Origin: Opitutales bacterium
GTDB lineage: Bacteria > Verrucomicrobiota > Verrucomicrobiia > Opitutales > UBA2987
Assembly (NCBI GenBank): GCA_965226885.1
Contig: CBDDEL010000017.1
Location: 320,001 to 384,000 of the forward strand
Reading direction: 5' to 3'
Length of the DNA stretch: 64,000 nt
The position numbers and the translations under genes were made by a program. The notes under the pieces are model-generated. The model ran no database searches and had not been told where the DNA came from. It saw only the letters and a program-made list of their open reading frames with translations. Below are positions 19,280 through 30,451 of this stretch, piece after piece; within the stretch, counting starts at the first letter, position 1, and every line of letters begins with the position of its first letter.

Positions 19280-19722
19280 TTAGCTACAATAACAAGATCG
19301 AGGCGGCTGAAATTGTTGGCGAAAACACCGCGCATTTTATTAATTTCTACGATAAAGGAGAGGATTCCTGCGACGTTGCCGTGGCACCTTGCTAACAATA
19401 TTTCCGGAACCGGCCGCTGATTGTCGGGGCGATCGTCAATACAGCTTACGAGGGCTGGCTCATAGGAGCGGAAGAGATGATAGGCCCTCTGATCTCCACA
19501 TTCAATACGCAATCCGGGTACGGCATTAACTCGGATGCGATACAAGGAAAGAGGATTGTTTTGCCGGAAGTCTTCATTGACACTATGAATAGCCGGATGA
19601 ATGCCTTACGGTTGTAGGTAAAGACCTAAAAAAGAAAAGCCCCCGGCAAATCTCCGGAGGCCTACGGGGATACAGCAGTCAATAAGAGCAATAAATACGG
19701 GGAAACGAATCCCACCTTGCCC

Positions 19723-20631
19723 TTACATCAATTCGGCGATCAATTTATCGGATTGCTCCTTGCTGATGCCGAGCTTGCGATAGGCCAGAGGTCCACCCTC
19801 GTCGAGAACGGGCTCCAGTTGATCGAGAGAAGCGAGGTCGTCACGTTTCCAGAATAGGCCGATAGGGATCTCATCTCCCCATTCATAACCCCTTTTCATG
19901 GCCTCGTAAAAATCGGTGGTGTCATGCCCTTCGTCTTCCAGTAATTTGACTCGAGGCGCAAACCACTTGTAGGTATTGTCCTTGTTGTAAGTAACGCAGG
20001 GGCTGAATACATCGATAAAGCTAAACCCCTTATGCGTGAGGGCGCCTTTGATTATCTCGACGAGGTGCTTTTGCTTCCCGCTGAAACCGCGCGCCACATA
20101 GGTGGCCCCGGCGACCAAGGCAAGAGGGATGGGGTTGATGGGGTTCTCCACGTTGCCATGAGGTGTGCTCTTGGTCACCATGCCGACTGCGCTGGTGGGA
20201 GAAGTTTGACCCGTCGTCAGGCCATAAATCTGGTTGTCCATGACCAAATAGGTCAAATCGACATTGCGCCGCATGGTGTGCATGAAATGATTGCCCCCGA
20301 TGCCGAAACCATCGCCATCGCCGCCAGTGGCGATTATCTTCAACTCATGATTACCCAAGGCGGCCCCGGTGGCCACGGCCAGGGAGCGCCCATGGAGGGT
20401 ATGCATGCCGTAGGTATTGATATATCCGGGCAGGTTGGATGAACAGCCAATGCCGCTGATGGTCATTACCTGATGGGGTTGCAATTCGAGCTCCAGAAGA
20501 GCTTTTTGCAGAGCCATTAAAACGGAAAAATCACCGCAACCCGGACACCAGTCGGGATGGACTTTGCCCTTGTAAGAAGTCTTATCGGGCTTTTTCTCGG
20601 AAACGGGAAGCGTTAATGCTGCTGTTGTCAT
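19723..20631 (-). CDS. korB: 2-oxoacid:ferredoxin oxidoreductase beta subunit
   Basis: WCPGCGD, GIGCSS, HTLHGR, GGDGD, DNQIYGLTTGQTSPT, SPCVTY motifs. Confidence 0.92.
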   Translation of the reverse strand: MTTAALTLPVSEKKPDKTSYKGKVHPDWCPGCGDFSVLMALQKALLELELQPHQVMTISGIGCSSNLPGYINTYGMHTLHGRSLAVATGAALGNHELKIIATGGDGDGFGIGGNHFMHTMRRNVDLTYLVMDNQIYGLTTGQTSPTSAVGMVTKSTPHGNVENPINPIPLALVAGATYVARGFSGKQKHLVEIIKGALTHKGFSFIDVFSPCVTYNKDNTYKWFAPRVKLLEDEGHDTTDFYEAMKRGYEWGDEIPIGLFWKRDDLASLDQLEPVLDEGGPLAYRKLGISKEQSDKLIAELM

Positions 20632-20651
20632 GGGTATCAGAGGGTCAAATG

Positions 20652-22448
20652 TTAAACGGAGATTTCGTGTTCGGGCACCGAGAGCGTTTCTTTCCCGGCG
20701 AGTTGATCTTTGACGGCTTCGACGATATAATGGGGCATAAAAGGTTCGCCGTCATATTTGCGAATAAAACCGGATGCCGTGAAGCCGGTTTCCGAGCGCA
20801 GATAACGGGCGAATTGTCCGGAATAGTTGATCTCCACAATGATCGTTTTTTTGCATTGCTGGAGGATTTCTGTAATCGCCTCGGTATGAAAGGGGACGAT
20901 CCACTTGATATGTAATTGGTTGGCGGTAATTCCCTCCCCTTCCAATTGCTCAATGGCTTCCAAAATAACTCCCCGGGTGGAGCCCCACCCGACCAGGGTA
21001 ACTTCGGCGTCCTCGGCTCCTTCCAGGTTGGGAGCCTCAACATCGCCCAGCAAGCTCGTCATTTTGCGAGCTCGTTTCTCGACCATCATGCGCCGTATTT
21101 TGGGATTGGTGTATTCGTCGCTGATGATGGTGCCGTCTTCGTCGTGTTCGTCGGTCGCGGCGATATAGATTTTGCCGGGAACTCCCGGCACCGCCCTCGG
21201 CGAAATTCCGCTCAAGGTATTCTCATAACGCAAATAAGCGCTGTCATTATAACCGCCATAGGGGTTTTCCGTGTCCCCATTGGGAAAAATCATTTCACCG
21301 CGATCAATCTCCACCTGAAAGTCGAGATCCGCCGGATCCACACTGACGGTGCCCTCACCAATAAGTAATTCAGAAAGGACGAGGCCGGGACATTGATATT
21401 TATCGGTTAAATTAAACAGTTCAGGGATGGTTTTAAACAAATCGAGCTGATCGCACGGAGCCACGATGATTTTGGGGTAATCACCTTGTCCGGCGGCTAG
21501 TATCTGCCAGAGGTCCCCCTGTTCCGTTTTGGTGGGCAGGCCGGTAGCCGGTCCCCCTCGTTGCACATCCACGCAAACAATGGGTGTTTCGATCATACCA
21601 GACATGCCAATAGCCTCCGTCATTAAGGCGAAGCCTCCCCCGGAAGTGGCCGTCATGGCCCGGCAGCCGGTATGAGCCGCCCCGATAATCATGTTCATAA
21701 CCCCTATTTCATCTTCCACCTGGCGGACCATGATGCCCAGTTTGCGGGCATGGGCGGCCATGTATATGAGAACCCCGGTCGAGGGAGCCATCGGATAACC
21801 GGCATAAAATTTCACCCCGGCGGCGACTCCCCCCATGGCCGTGGCCTGGTTGCCCGTCCATACGCCAAATTGCGTGTCGCCTTTGGGCACTTTAAAGGAG
21901 AAAGAATTGAAATGCTCGGCAGCGTAAGAGTAGCCGTTGCGAGCGATTTTCACATTTTGAGCCACAACCTCCTCACCCTTTCGGGAAAAAATTCGTGTCA
22001 GGGCTTCCTCCAAATCTTCAAAATCAATGCCGAGCAGTTGCAGAGCTGCTGCTACGGAAACCGTATTGGCGGCTAGTTTATTGCCCATGGAAAGCTCTTT
22101 CATTGGTAGTGGAGAAATTTGCACCCCTTCAGCCGCGTCTCCAAGCTTGATGGAACCTTCATCGTAAAGAATGCAAGCGCCCGGCCCAAGAAGCCGAAGG
22201 TGCCGGTCCATCGTATCCTGGTTAAGTGGAATTAGCAGGTCGATCCTGTCGCCCATGCTATGCACCGGTCCATCACTGGCCCGTACGGTAAGGAATGTAT
22301 GCCCACCCCGGATCAAGGATTGGTAAGCGTTGTAAGCATTCAGGTGAAGACCACGCCGGGCAAATATATGCGCTAAAATACTGCCTGGAGTGGCAATTCC
22401 CTGCCCGGCGGCTCCGCCAATGCCAATTGCAAAATCTACTGTTCTCAT
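20652..22448 (-). CDS. korA: 2-oxoacid:ferredoxin oxidoreductase alpha subunit (gamma-alpha fusion)
   Basis: GGAAGQG, SLIRGGH, YAGYPMAP, EDEI, ATSGGGF, RGGPATGLPTKTEQ; start placed at ATG 22448. Confidence 0.92.
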   Translation of the reverse strand: MRTVDFAIGIGGAAGQGIATPGSILAHIFARRGLHLNAYNAYQSLIRGGHTFLTVRASDGPVHSMGDRIDLLIPLNQDTMDRHLRLLGPGACILYDEGSIKLGDAAEGVQISPLPMKELSMGNKLAANTVSVAAALQLLGIDFEDLEEALTRIFSRKGEEVVAQNVKIARNGYSYAAEHFNSFSFKVPKGDTQFGVWTGNQATAMGGVAAGVKFYAGYPMAPSTGVLIYMAAHARKLGIMVRQVEDEIGVMNMIIGAAHTGCRAMTATSGGGFALMTEAIGMSGMIETPIVCVDVQRGGPATGLPTKTEQGDLWQILAAGQGDYPKIIVAPCDQLDLFKTIPELFNLTDKYQCPGLVLSELLIGEGTVSVDPADLDFQVEIDRGEMIFPNGDTENPYGGYNDSAYLRYENTLSGISPRAVPGVPGKIYIAATDEHDEDGTIISDEYTNPKIRRMMVEKRARKMTSLLGDVEAPNLEGAEDAEVTLVGWGSTRGVILEAIEQLEGEGITANQLHIKWIVPFHTEAITEILQQCKKTIIVEINYSGQFARYLRSETGFTASGFIRKYDGEPFMPHYIVEAVKDQLAGKETLSVPEHEISV

Positions 22449-22517
22449 AAAATATCGAAAAGGAGCCAGTCTTTGGTAAATCAAACAGTGTGCAAGTCAA
22501 TTTTCCCCGAAAAATGC

Positions 22518-22557
22518 CTTCTGGTGCTTCCCTTCTCCTTCTGGTGCTTCCCTTCTC
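22518..22557. repeat. 20-bp tandem duplication upstream of korA
   Basis: CTTCTGGTGCTTCCCTTCTC x2. Confidence 0.9.
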
Positions 22558-22568
22558 TTTGTAATTTG

Positions 22569-23372
22569 GGTAGTGTATTAAGTAGGAATGGTGGCTAATT
22601 CTTGATTATATTGATGAATGAAAAGTCTCAGACAGGTTTCATGCATACTCTTAAAAGCTTGGAAAAGGAGAGGGTTTTGCGTGTGAAACGACCCAGTCGT
22701 TGGCGCAGGGTATTGTTCCATCGTTCCACATGGGCCGTTTCACCGGTTTCTTTTCCCACGGATCGGTTATGAGGAAAGACTTCATCATAAGTGCTCCAAA
22801 AGTCGCTGTAGGTGGCACATCTTTTGTAGGCCCGTGGCAGACGCTCGTAAAGTTCCCGGCAACGATACCAATCCCGAGGCCCAATGGCATAGGAGAGGAT
22901 TTGACGGGTGCGTCGGCAAAGAGCGATCCAAACCCATTGGGCATCGCTCTTGCGCCCCACAAAAGACCACAGTTCGTCCAGTTCAATGACATCATGGCGG
23001 CGGGCCGCAAGAATCGTGCTTTTGAGCGGTCGCAGCGATTGTCGTTTTTTTTAACCAACTCAAAACGGTGTTGGGACTCACCCCGAAGGCGCGCTGTAAA
23101 CCGCGTAGACTGCTGCGTTCCTGATAGACTCGAAGGATCATTTCTTTTTGCTCTTCGGTGTATTTCACTGTGGGGTTTTCGCGGCTTTGTTTACCACAAT
23201 CATGGCAGCGGTAGCGCTGTTTATGGTTGGGTGTCTTGCCAAATTTAATGATATTTTCACTTCCACAGTGCCGACAATTAATAATTTTAGTAGCCATGCA
23301 CTAAGAATAAACTGCCTAACGCTATTTGTACAGCTAAAAATACAAAATAACATTCTTTTTTTATACACTACC
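22569..23372 (-). mobile_element. IS1-family element type B, copy 2 (2-bp insertion near insB 3' end)
   Basis: IRs; 8-bp TSD GTAATTTG at 22561-22568 and 23373-23380. Confidence 0.93.
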
Positions 23373-23429
23373 GTAATTTGCTCTCAAAGAAGACCTTTAT
23401 ACTAATTTTTAATGATATAACCTGTTTAA

Positions 23430-23442
23430 AATCAACATATTA
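23430..23442 (+). promoter_or_regulatory. IHF-consensus site in the AT-rich korAB upstream region
   Basis: AATCAACATATTA matches WATCAANNNNTTR. Confidence 0.4.
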
Positions 23443-23692
23443 AAATTTTGACTAAAAAAGAAAATCCAACCCAATTGCATATCCCAAATTAATTTCGTTT
23501 TTGGAATCAATGGGCCGATATTTTCTTTTCGTTAATTTTTTCAACCCAAAAGTCACTCTGGAGTGACTCCCCCCATAATTCGGTTTAACCTCTAAAACCT
23601 TGAGATCGCTCATTAACCTGTAAATATCTTCACCGCAACCATCCCCTGTGAATAGGGCTCGTCATGCTGTCCCATGGGGCGCGGCGCCAAGG

Positions 23693-24256
23693 CTAATACA
23701 TAGCCTGGTTGTTTGTCTTATAATCTTTCAGGACGGCCCGAGCCTCATCCAGAAGAACACCCTGAACGACCTCGATTTTACGGTTCTCCAATTCTTCCAC
23801 CCAATTAACCGGCTTGGGGCCCTCATCAAAACCAATTTCCTCGGCCGCGCTGGCCGGGGCTCCACAGACCAATCTTCGCAATCCGGCCCAGGGTATAGCT
23901 CCAAAGCATTGGGCGCAGGGCTCGGAACTGGAAACCAATTCATAATTACCAGAGCCTGCGGAACTAAAATCATAGGTCTTCAACATTTTTTGGGCAACCA
24001 TGATGGCCATCATTTCGGCATGCGCCACTGAACAGGAACAGGGCACCACCAGATTCACACCGGGGGCCAGCAATTGCCCGGTCTCCATCTCGAAAATGGC
24101 TGCCCCGAATGGCCCCCCTCCTCTTTTCGAGTTTTCCTTGGCTAGGTGGATAACCAGACTCATTTTCTGCTCCGAAGTCCGGAAATCACTGTTTCTGCCG
24201 GAAAAAACTCCATTCACCCAGGCGGGCAATTCAAGCGAGACAATTGGAAATTTCAT
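23693..24256 (-). CDS. Cytidine/guanine deaminase-family zinc-dependent nucleoside deaminase
   Basis: GGPFGAAIF, AHAE, EPCAQC and GFDEGPK motifs. Confidence 0.88.
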   Translation of the reverse strand: MKFPIVSLELPAWVNGVFSGRNSDFRTSEQKMSLVIHLAKENSKRGGGPFGAAIFEMETGQLLAPGVNLVVPCSCSVAHAEMMAIMVAQKMLKTYDFSSAGSGNYELVSSSEPCAQCFGAIPWAGLRRLVCGAPASAAEEIGFDEGPKPVNWVEELENRKIEVVQGVLLDEARAVLKDYKTNNQAMY

Positions 24257-24485
24257 TTTATTGAATTAATAAAAAGCGGCAGGCTAATAATAAATCCGCG
24301 CCCCTTCAATATTTTAAAATAAGGGCACAGGCGGCTGTATCGAATCCTGATTCCTGCATCTTTAATCCACGATAACCTGATAGACCATGACCCACAGTTT
24401 CGCATAAACATCCAACTGCATGTTGGCTGGACCAAGGATAATAGCAAGATTTGCGTCTACTATAAATAAGCCTTCCGCCTGAAAA

Positions 24486-25151
24486 TCAGTCGGTAGAATC
24501 CTTATCCGGTTCTTCCTCTTCCCTGCCGTGAACGATCCATTTTTGCAGGGTCATGGCCTCTTCCCGTGTAAGATCGACTTCCCTCTCCCAGCCCCTTTCG
24601 ACGGCGCCCTTCAAACCAATCAGGCCGAAGTGGTCGATGTTGCGGAATTCATACACCCGAAATGTCCGGTAAGGATAATTCCTCGAATCCATGTCTCCAA
24701 TATCGCGATCCTCCAACATTGTTTTGAAGCGTTCCACCTGCTTTTCACCAATTTTCAGAGCCCGCGGGAAATTGGCGCTGGCTTTGACCAGGAAAACTTT
24801 TGCCGCCTCCTTCTTTTTCTTGTCCCAAACCACCAAGTCGAGTGTCCCGGCCTTTTTTCCGTCCAAATCCAGGAAATCGATGCCGTTCAATATTTCAAAA
24901 TCCTGCCTCATGAACTCCTCCCCCAGCTCGATCAATGCAACCGCGGAGAAAACATTACCCATTTTACCGAAGTCGAATTTAAGGTCGCGAATTTTTTCAT
25001 AAAATTCATCCAACAACTCATCCCGGTTTGAAGGCTCGGTTTCCTCCTCGGTCGAAGCGCCGGCATCTTCAATCCCGGTCTCCTGCGCCATGCCCGATAT
25101 CGGGATGAACAGAAGAAACGCTAACAAAAACTTTGGGAAAAGAGTTCTCAT
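24486..25151 (-). CDS. Secreted hypothetical protein
   Basis: Cleavable signal peptide (..GMA-QET); 221-aa ORF. Confidence 0.75.
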   Translation of the reverse strand: MRTLFPKFLLAFLLFIPISGMAQETGIEDAGASTEEETEPSNRDELLDEFYEKIRDLKFDFGKMGNVFSAVALIELGEEFMRQDFEILNGIDFLDLDGKKAGTLDLVVWDKKKKEAAKVFLVKASANFPRALKIGEKQVERFKTMLEDRDIGDMDSRNYPYRTFRVYEFRNIDHFGLIGLKGAVERGWEREVDLTREEAMTLQKWIVHGREEEEPDKDSTD

Positions 25152-25287
25152 GGGAATATTTACCAGCTACCACAAAGCTGTAGCCTTGGTTAAATAATCG
25201 ACCGCGATAAAAACCTGTTGTTGCGAAGGGTTCAATAGCTATTATTTTCCATGCCATGCCAAATTATTCCAAAAAATTCCTTCTGTC

Positions 25288-27858
25288 ATGAACGAAAGTG
25301 TGCCTGTTCCTCCATCCGAACATTTTACACCACTCGACCTGAACGATGTGGCCAATGCGCGGCGAGACCAATTGCCAAGTGATCTAAGAGCGCCCGATTA
25401 TCTTTTGCAAACGGATGGACGGGCTGGGTTCCGGGGCATTCCCTTCTGTTGGGGAAACCCGGATGAACCCAATGCCGTGCTGCTCGACAAGAATGAAATC
25501 CTGCTGCCTCTGCACGGAATCCGAGCCCACTACCTGGTTTTTCTACACCTGGTCGAGAATCGAGTGTCGGTTTTCGCCAAAAATTTTGCCGACGATGTGC
25601 TTGGCGGTTATGACATAGGCGACCTCATCTCCGATTATATTTTGGAGTATGCCGATGACCAATTGCACACCCATCCCATCCGCCGTCGTTTCGCCATCCA
25701 GCAATCCGAAATACGGTGGGGAGCCCACCCCTTCGCCGCCGTGCCCGGCAAAAGTAATCAAGTTTACCGCTCAAACGATGAAGACATAGAACTTGGACTC
25801 GTTCCAAGAACCTGGGGCCGTGGTGAATGCCGCACCGCTTCGGGGAGTACCAAAAGCCCGGAAAAATTTTGGGTTTATGCTTTGCCCAATCCTCACCCTG
25901 AGAAAGAAATAAAATCACTGAGGCTGGTCCCCAGAGAGGAACGATCCGTTATATTTGGCATTTCCGCTGCCCATCTGCTCAAGCATCCCCTGCGTTTTGA
26001 GCCACGCCGAAAACTTGTCCTCGATCTTCCCTGTGGGTTGAAGCTGAACGCCATTGGCGAACTCGACGATATCGGTATCGATATGGGGAACGTGATTTCC
26101 GCCCGGCGGCAATTTGTCTATCCACACGATCAATGGAACGAACATGAAGTGGACGTGCAACCAAGCCTGGCAGAAAACAAAATCGTGGTCGAATACGCCG
26201 CCCACCCCAAAGCAAAACTCTATGTCGGGCTTGAGGCGGGAAATCCCAAGGTTTACGATCTTGGACAGTTCAATGATGATTCTATTCTGGAGATCGAGCC
26301 AGCCTGGCGGCCGGTCAAAATTAAAGTCATAGACAAGACTACCCGGCAACCGGTTGCCGTGCGTTTACATATTCACGGACAAGCCGGAGAATACCTGCCG
26401 CCCCGCGGGCATCACCGCAAAGTAAATCCGGGGTGGTTTCAGGACCGTTTCGCGGAGTTCATCAATCAGAATAACCAATACGCCTATATAGACGGCGCCT
26501 GCGTGACGGACCTGCCGCTGGGCACGGTTTACATCGAAATCACCCGCGGTTACGAGGTGAGCCCTATCCGGAGCAAGTTCGAAGTAACACCGGAAACCGA
26601 AGTCGTCGAATTCGAGCTGGAGCGCGTGCTGGATTGGCACAACCAAGGCTGGGTGACGGCCGATACCCATGTGCATTTTCTAAATCCCATAACAGCGCAA
26701 CTGGAAGGTTCGGCCGAGGACGTCAACGTGGTCAATCTCCTGGCCAGCCAATGGGGCGAGATGTTTTCCAACGTAGGGGATTTTGACGGGAAAAGCACCT
26801 ATGGTTCGATTGAGAGCGGGTCGTCCGGGGAATTTCTCGTGCGGGTGGGCTCGGAGAACCGGATGCAGGTTCTGGGGCACATCTCGCTCCTCGGTTATTC
26901 GGGTGAGTTGATTCATCCATTATGCAGTGGCGGTCCTACCGAATCGGCCTTGGGAGACGCCCAGGAAGTGACCATGGCGGAATGGGCTCAAAAATGCCTC
27001 GACCAGGGAGGACTCGTGGTCATGCCCCACGCTCCCGACCCCCAGGGCGAACGCGCCGCCGATATCGTTTTGGGGTTGGTTAACGCCGTTGAGATGATGA
27101 CCTTTACGCCTTACGATATCCAAATCAGGCCATATGGAATAGCGGACTGGTACCGCTACCTCAATCTCGGCTACCACCTGCCGGTGGTGGGAGGGAGCGA
27201 CAAAATGAGCGCCGCCTCACTACTCGGCGGAGTGAGAACTTACACCCACCTCGGTGAGCGCGCTTTTACCTACGAAAACTGGATGGAGGCGGTGCGGGCC
27301 GGCAACACCTTTGTCACCGTGGGGCCTCTGGTGGAATTAAAGGTCGAGGGAAGATCACCGGGCGAGCGTATTAAACTCCCGCCCAGCGGGGGGACGATTA
27401 ACGTATCCTGGTTGGTCGAGTCGGTGCGCCTGCCCCTTGAGGAAGTGGAGGTGATTGAGGGCGGCCTGGTGCGCCATCAGCAAACCGGAAGCGGTGGACT
27501 GCAATTAAGCGGCAGCGTGGAATTGAAGATCGAGGAATCGACCTGGGTGGCTTTGCGGGTGCGGGGAAGCTATCAAAACAAACCTGGAGATGTCGCCGCC
27601 CACAGCAGCGCGGTGCAAGTTTTAGTTGGCGAAAAACCGATTTATTCCCCCAAGGACGCCAACGAAGTACTCCGCCAGATCGAGGGGGCGATGGCTTATA
27701 TCGATACCATCGCCACCCGTCCGGAGGCGGACCGCTATCGGCGGGTGCGGGCCTCCCTAGAGGCAGCCCATAACCGTTTGCACCAAAAAATGCACCAGCG
27801 GGGCATCTTTCATAAACACTCGACCGTGCACGACCATACCGAGCACCATGAGCATTGA
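25288..27858 (+). CDS. CehA/McbA-family (PHP-like) metallohydrolase
   Basis: GWVTADTHVH, GHISLLG, WYRYLNLG..GGSD, RTY, GNTFVTVGP, AHSS motifs. Confidence 0.8.
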   Translation: MNESVPVPPSEHFTPLDLNDVANARRDQLPSDLRAPDYLLQTDGRAGFRGIPFCWGNPDEPNAVLLDKNEILLPLHGIRAHYLVFLHLVENRVSVFAKNFADDVLGGYDIGDLISDYILEYADDQLHTHPIRRRFAIQQSEIRWGAHPFAAVPGKSNQVYRSNDEDIELGLVPRTWGRGECRTASGSTKSPEKFWVYALPNPHPEKEIKSLRLVPREERSVIFGISAAHLLKHPLRFEPRRKLVLDLPCGLKLNAIGELDDIGIDMGNVISARRQFVYPHDQWNEHEVDVQPSLAENKIVVEYAAHPKAKLYVGLEAGNPKVYDLGQFNDDSILEIEPAWRPVKIKVIDKTTRQPVAVRLHIHGQAGEYLPPRGHHRKVNPGWFQDRFAEFINQNNQYAYIDGACVTDLPLGTVYIEITRGYEVSPIRSKFEVTPETEVVEFELERVLDWHNQGWVTADTHVHFLNPITAQLEGSAEDVNVVNLLASQWGEMFSNVGDFDGKSTYGSIESGSSGEFLVRVGSENRMQVLGHISLLGYSGELIHPLCSGGPTESALGDAQEVTMAEWAQKCLDQGGLVVMPHAPDPQGERAADIVLGLVNAVEMMTFTPYDIQIRPYGIADWYRYLNLGYHLPVVGGSDKMSAASLLGGVRTYTHLGERAFTYENWMEAVRAGNTFVTVGPLVELKVEGRSPGERIKLPPSGGTINVSWLVESVRLPLEEVEVIEGGLVRHQQTGSGGLQLSGSVELKIEESTWVALRVRGSYQNKPGDVAAHSSAVQVLVGEKPIYSPKDANEVLRQIEGAMAYIDTIATRPEADRYRRVRASLEAAHNRLHQKMHQRGIFHKHSTVHDHTEHHEH

Positions 27859-27965
27859 ATCACCCAATTAAAAACTCATTGACACGTTATTTGAGCCTTG
27901 TCATAAATATGAAAAAAAACCCTTACTTTTAAGGGCTAACTCAAAGCCGATTGGAGGATAAAAAA

Positions 27966-30292
27966 ATGGGTAGATTGCTGGCGTTGGTGTATGGTTTGGT
28001 TTCTTACGTTATTTTTCTCATAGCGTTTCTTGGCGCAATCGGCTTTGTTTGGAATTTTCTCATTCCTAAAGGCATTGATGGCGGCGGCATTGATGGCGGC
28101 ACAGCGGAACCTTTTATGATTTCCCTGTTGATCAACCTGGCCATTCTGGGCTTATTCGCCGTCCAGCACAGTGTCATGGCAAGGCCGGGCTTTAAAGAGA
28201 AATGGACAAAAATAGTGCCTAACCCGGATATTTCGTAAAAAAAGTATCGTTGATATGCTTAACTGCTGATATACAGCAGGATAGATCAATAATTAAAGCA
28301 ATATCAGCGATGACAAAAGGTAAACAATTAAAGCTACAGTTGACAAGGGTAAAAGGCCGCCGTGTGCGGGTTGATTTCAAGGGCGGAGAGGTTACTTCGG
28401 ATGCCGGACTGCTTTTGATCCGGGAAGTGGATCGGCAGTTGGGCTTGACCGAACGAGCGGCCCGACAGTTAGTGGACAAACGGCAGAAGGGCAAAGTACG
28501 CCATTAGGTATTGGGGATGCTGCGGCAGCGCGTTTACGGGCTGGTGGCGGGCTATGAGGATTTGAACGACTTTGATACCCTGCGCCACGATCCATTGTTG
28601 CAAACGGTAACGGGGCGCATTGAAACGTTGGCCAGCGCGCCGACTTTGTGTCGTTTTGAAAACGGGCAGGATCGGCGGGCGGCCTTTGCGGTAAACGAGC
28701 TGTTGGTCGAACAGTTCATGGGCTCCTTTGCCGAGGAACCCGAAGAGATCATCCTGGACTTTGACGGCACCGACAATCCGGTGCACGGGCTCCAGGAGGG
28801 ACGTTTTTTCCACGGTTATTATGATCATTACTGTTTTCTGCCGCTATATGTTTTTTGCGGTGATCAGCTGCTGGTGGCCTACCTGCGGCCGAGCAAGATC
28901 GATGCCAGCAAGCATGCCGGGGCCATCCTCAAATTGCTGGTTAAACGGATTCGCCAAAGCTGGCCCCGTACGCGGATTATTTGGCGCGCCGACAGTGGAT
29001 TTTGTCGAGACCGGATACTCTCTTGGTGCGACCGCAACGAAGTTAGTTACATCGTGGGGATGGCTCGCAATGCACGCTTGCAGCAAGACGCCCAGCAGTT
29101 GCAAAAGCAGGCCAAAGAATGGTTCGAACTAAGGGGTAAAAAACAACGGTTATTCCAGGACTTCGTCTATGCTGCCGATTCGTGGCGATGGCTGCGGTTG
29201 GTCATCCATAAAGCCGAACACACCGCACAGGGGTCCAACCCGCGCTTCGTGGTGACGAACCTGCCGGGCGATCCCCAGGAGCTTTACGACAAGGTATACT
29301 GTGGCCGCGGTGAAATGGAGAACCGAATCAAGGAACAGATGCAATTGTTCAGCGAGCGCACCAGCGCCCATCAATGGTGGGCCAATCAGTGGCGATTGCT
29401 CTTGTCGGCGCTGGCCTACACCTTGATGGAAGCCATGCGCCGGTTAGCCTTAAAAGGGACGAAGTGGCCGCGGGCCCAATGGCACACCCTGCGGCTCAAA
29501 TTAATCAAGATCGGAGCGGTCATCGTGCGCAACACCCGAACGATTCACTTTCACCTAAGTGAGAGTTATCCTTGGGCCAGTCTTTTCAACCATGCGGCCC
29601 GCCGATTGGTGCCAACCTAAAGGGTGCATTGGTGCTGCCCCCGGCACTACCGAACCAATGGGGGAAAGGGGGCAGTGTCTCTACACCCTGAAAAACACCT
29701 AAAAATCAAGACGATCTGCTCAAAATACAAAGAAATCCATCTCCAATAGCAATAACGAGCCAAACTTTACCCTTCATGAAATATCCGGGCTAAACCGGTT
29801 GAAAGAAGCACTTTTGTTCTCCTCACAAGCCTCATACTGTTACTGCTTTACTGGCAATGGAGACCAATGCCTGAGCCGATATGGAATGTGGAGAATACCA
29901 TCGGAGCCAATTGTTTATGGATACTCTCGGCTTTGGGATTTCTACTGGTCTTGCTGGCCACGCTGGCCACCTTTGCCATCAACCACTTCGACCTGTTTGG
30001 TCTTAGACAGGTTTTCCTTTATTTTAAGGGAAAGGATTATACCGAGGTGAAATTCAAGACCTCATTATTTTACAAGTTCATAAGGCACCCTATTATGTTA
30101 GGATTTCTCATCGCGTTTTGGGCCACTCCGCAAATGTCTGTTGGGCATCTGATTTTCGCCATCGGGACGACGGGTTACATATTTATCGGCATATTCTTCG
30201 AAGAGCGCGACCTGCTAAATCACTTGGGTGAAAATTACCGCGACTATCGCAAGCGGACATCGATGATTTTTCCCTTCCCAGGCAAAAAATAA
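27966..30292 (+). pseudogene. mddA: Methanethiol/H2S S-methyltransferase MddA, interrupted by IS1380
   Basis: Rejoined protein: LFAVQHSVMARPGFK..WTKIVP|KPVERSTFVL..WQWRP..INHFDLFGLRQV..RHPIMLGF..FWATPQMS..EERDL. Confidence 0.88.
28223..29789 (+). mobile_element. IS1380 copy 5 (complete ends; transposase has GAG>TAG nonsense at 28505-28507)
   Basis: IRs; CTAA TSD; comparison with other copies. Confidence 0.95.
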
Positions 30293-30340
30293 ACTATTGC
30301 GATTTATCGCAAGGATGGGGAATCATCCACGTCCAATAAC

Positions 30341-30369
30341 AAAGACCGGGTTCTGCGAATCCGGTCTTT
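30341..30369. terminator. Putative intrinsic terminator after mddA
   Basis: AAAGACCGG-N11-CCGGTCTTT hairpin. Confidence 0.55.
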
Positions 30370-30451
30370 ACAAATTTTCAGACAGATTCTAATAGATCGG
30401 TATTTGGCCGTTTAGGCTTTCAATTTTTAAAAACACACACTGCAGATAAAA

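Noticed and set aside
19280..19617. Possible gene fragment after IS1380 copy 4 (plus frame with an internal TAA, or the 93-aa minus ORF)
   Set aside because: No recognisable motif in either reading; cannot support a call.
2968..28507. Three in-frame TAG codons (2968, 4782, 28505) suggesting amber recoding or pyrrolysine
   Set aside because: The IS1380 case is a GAG>TAG mutation relative to sister copies, the other two genes carry second lesions, TAG ends normal genes here (e.g. 52686, 56173), and no pyl genes are in the window.
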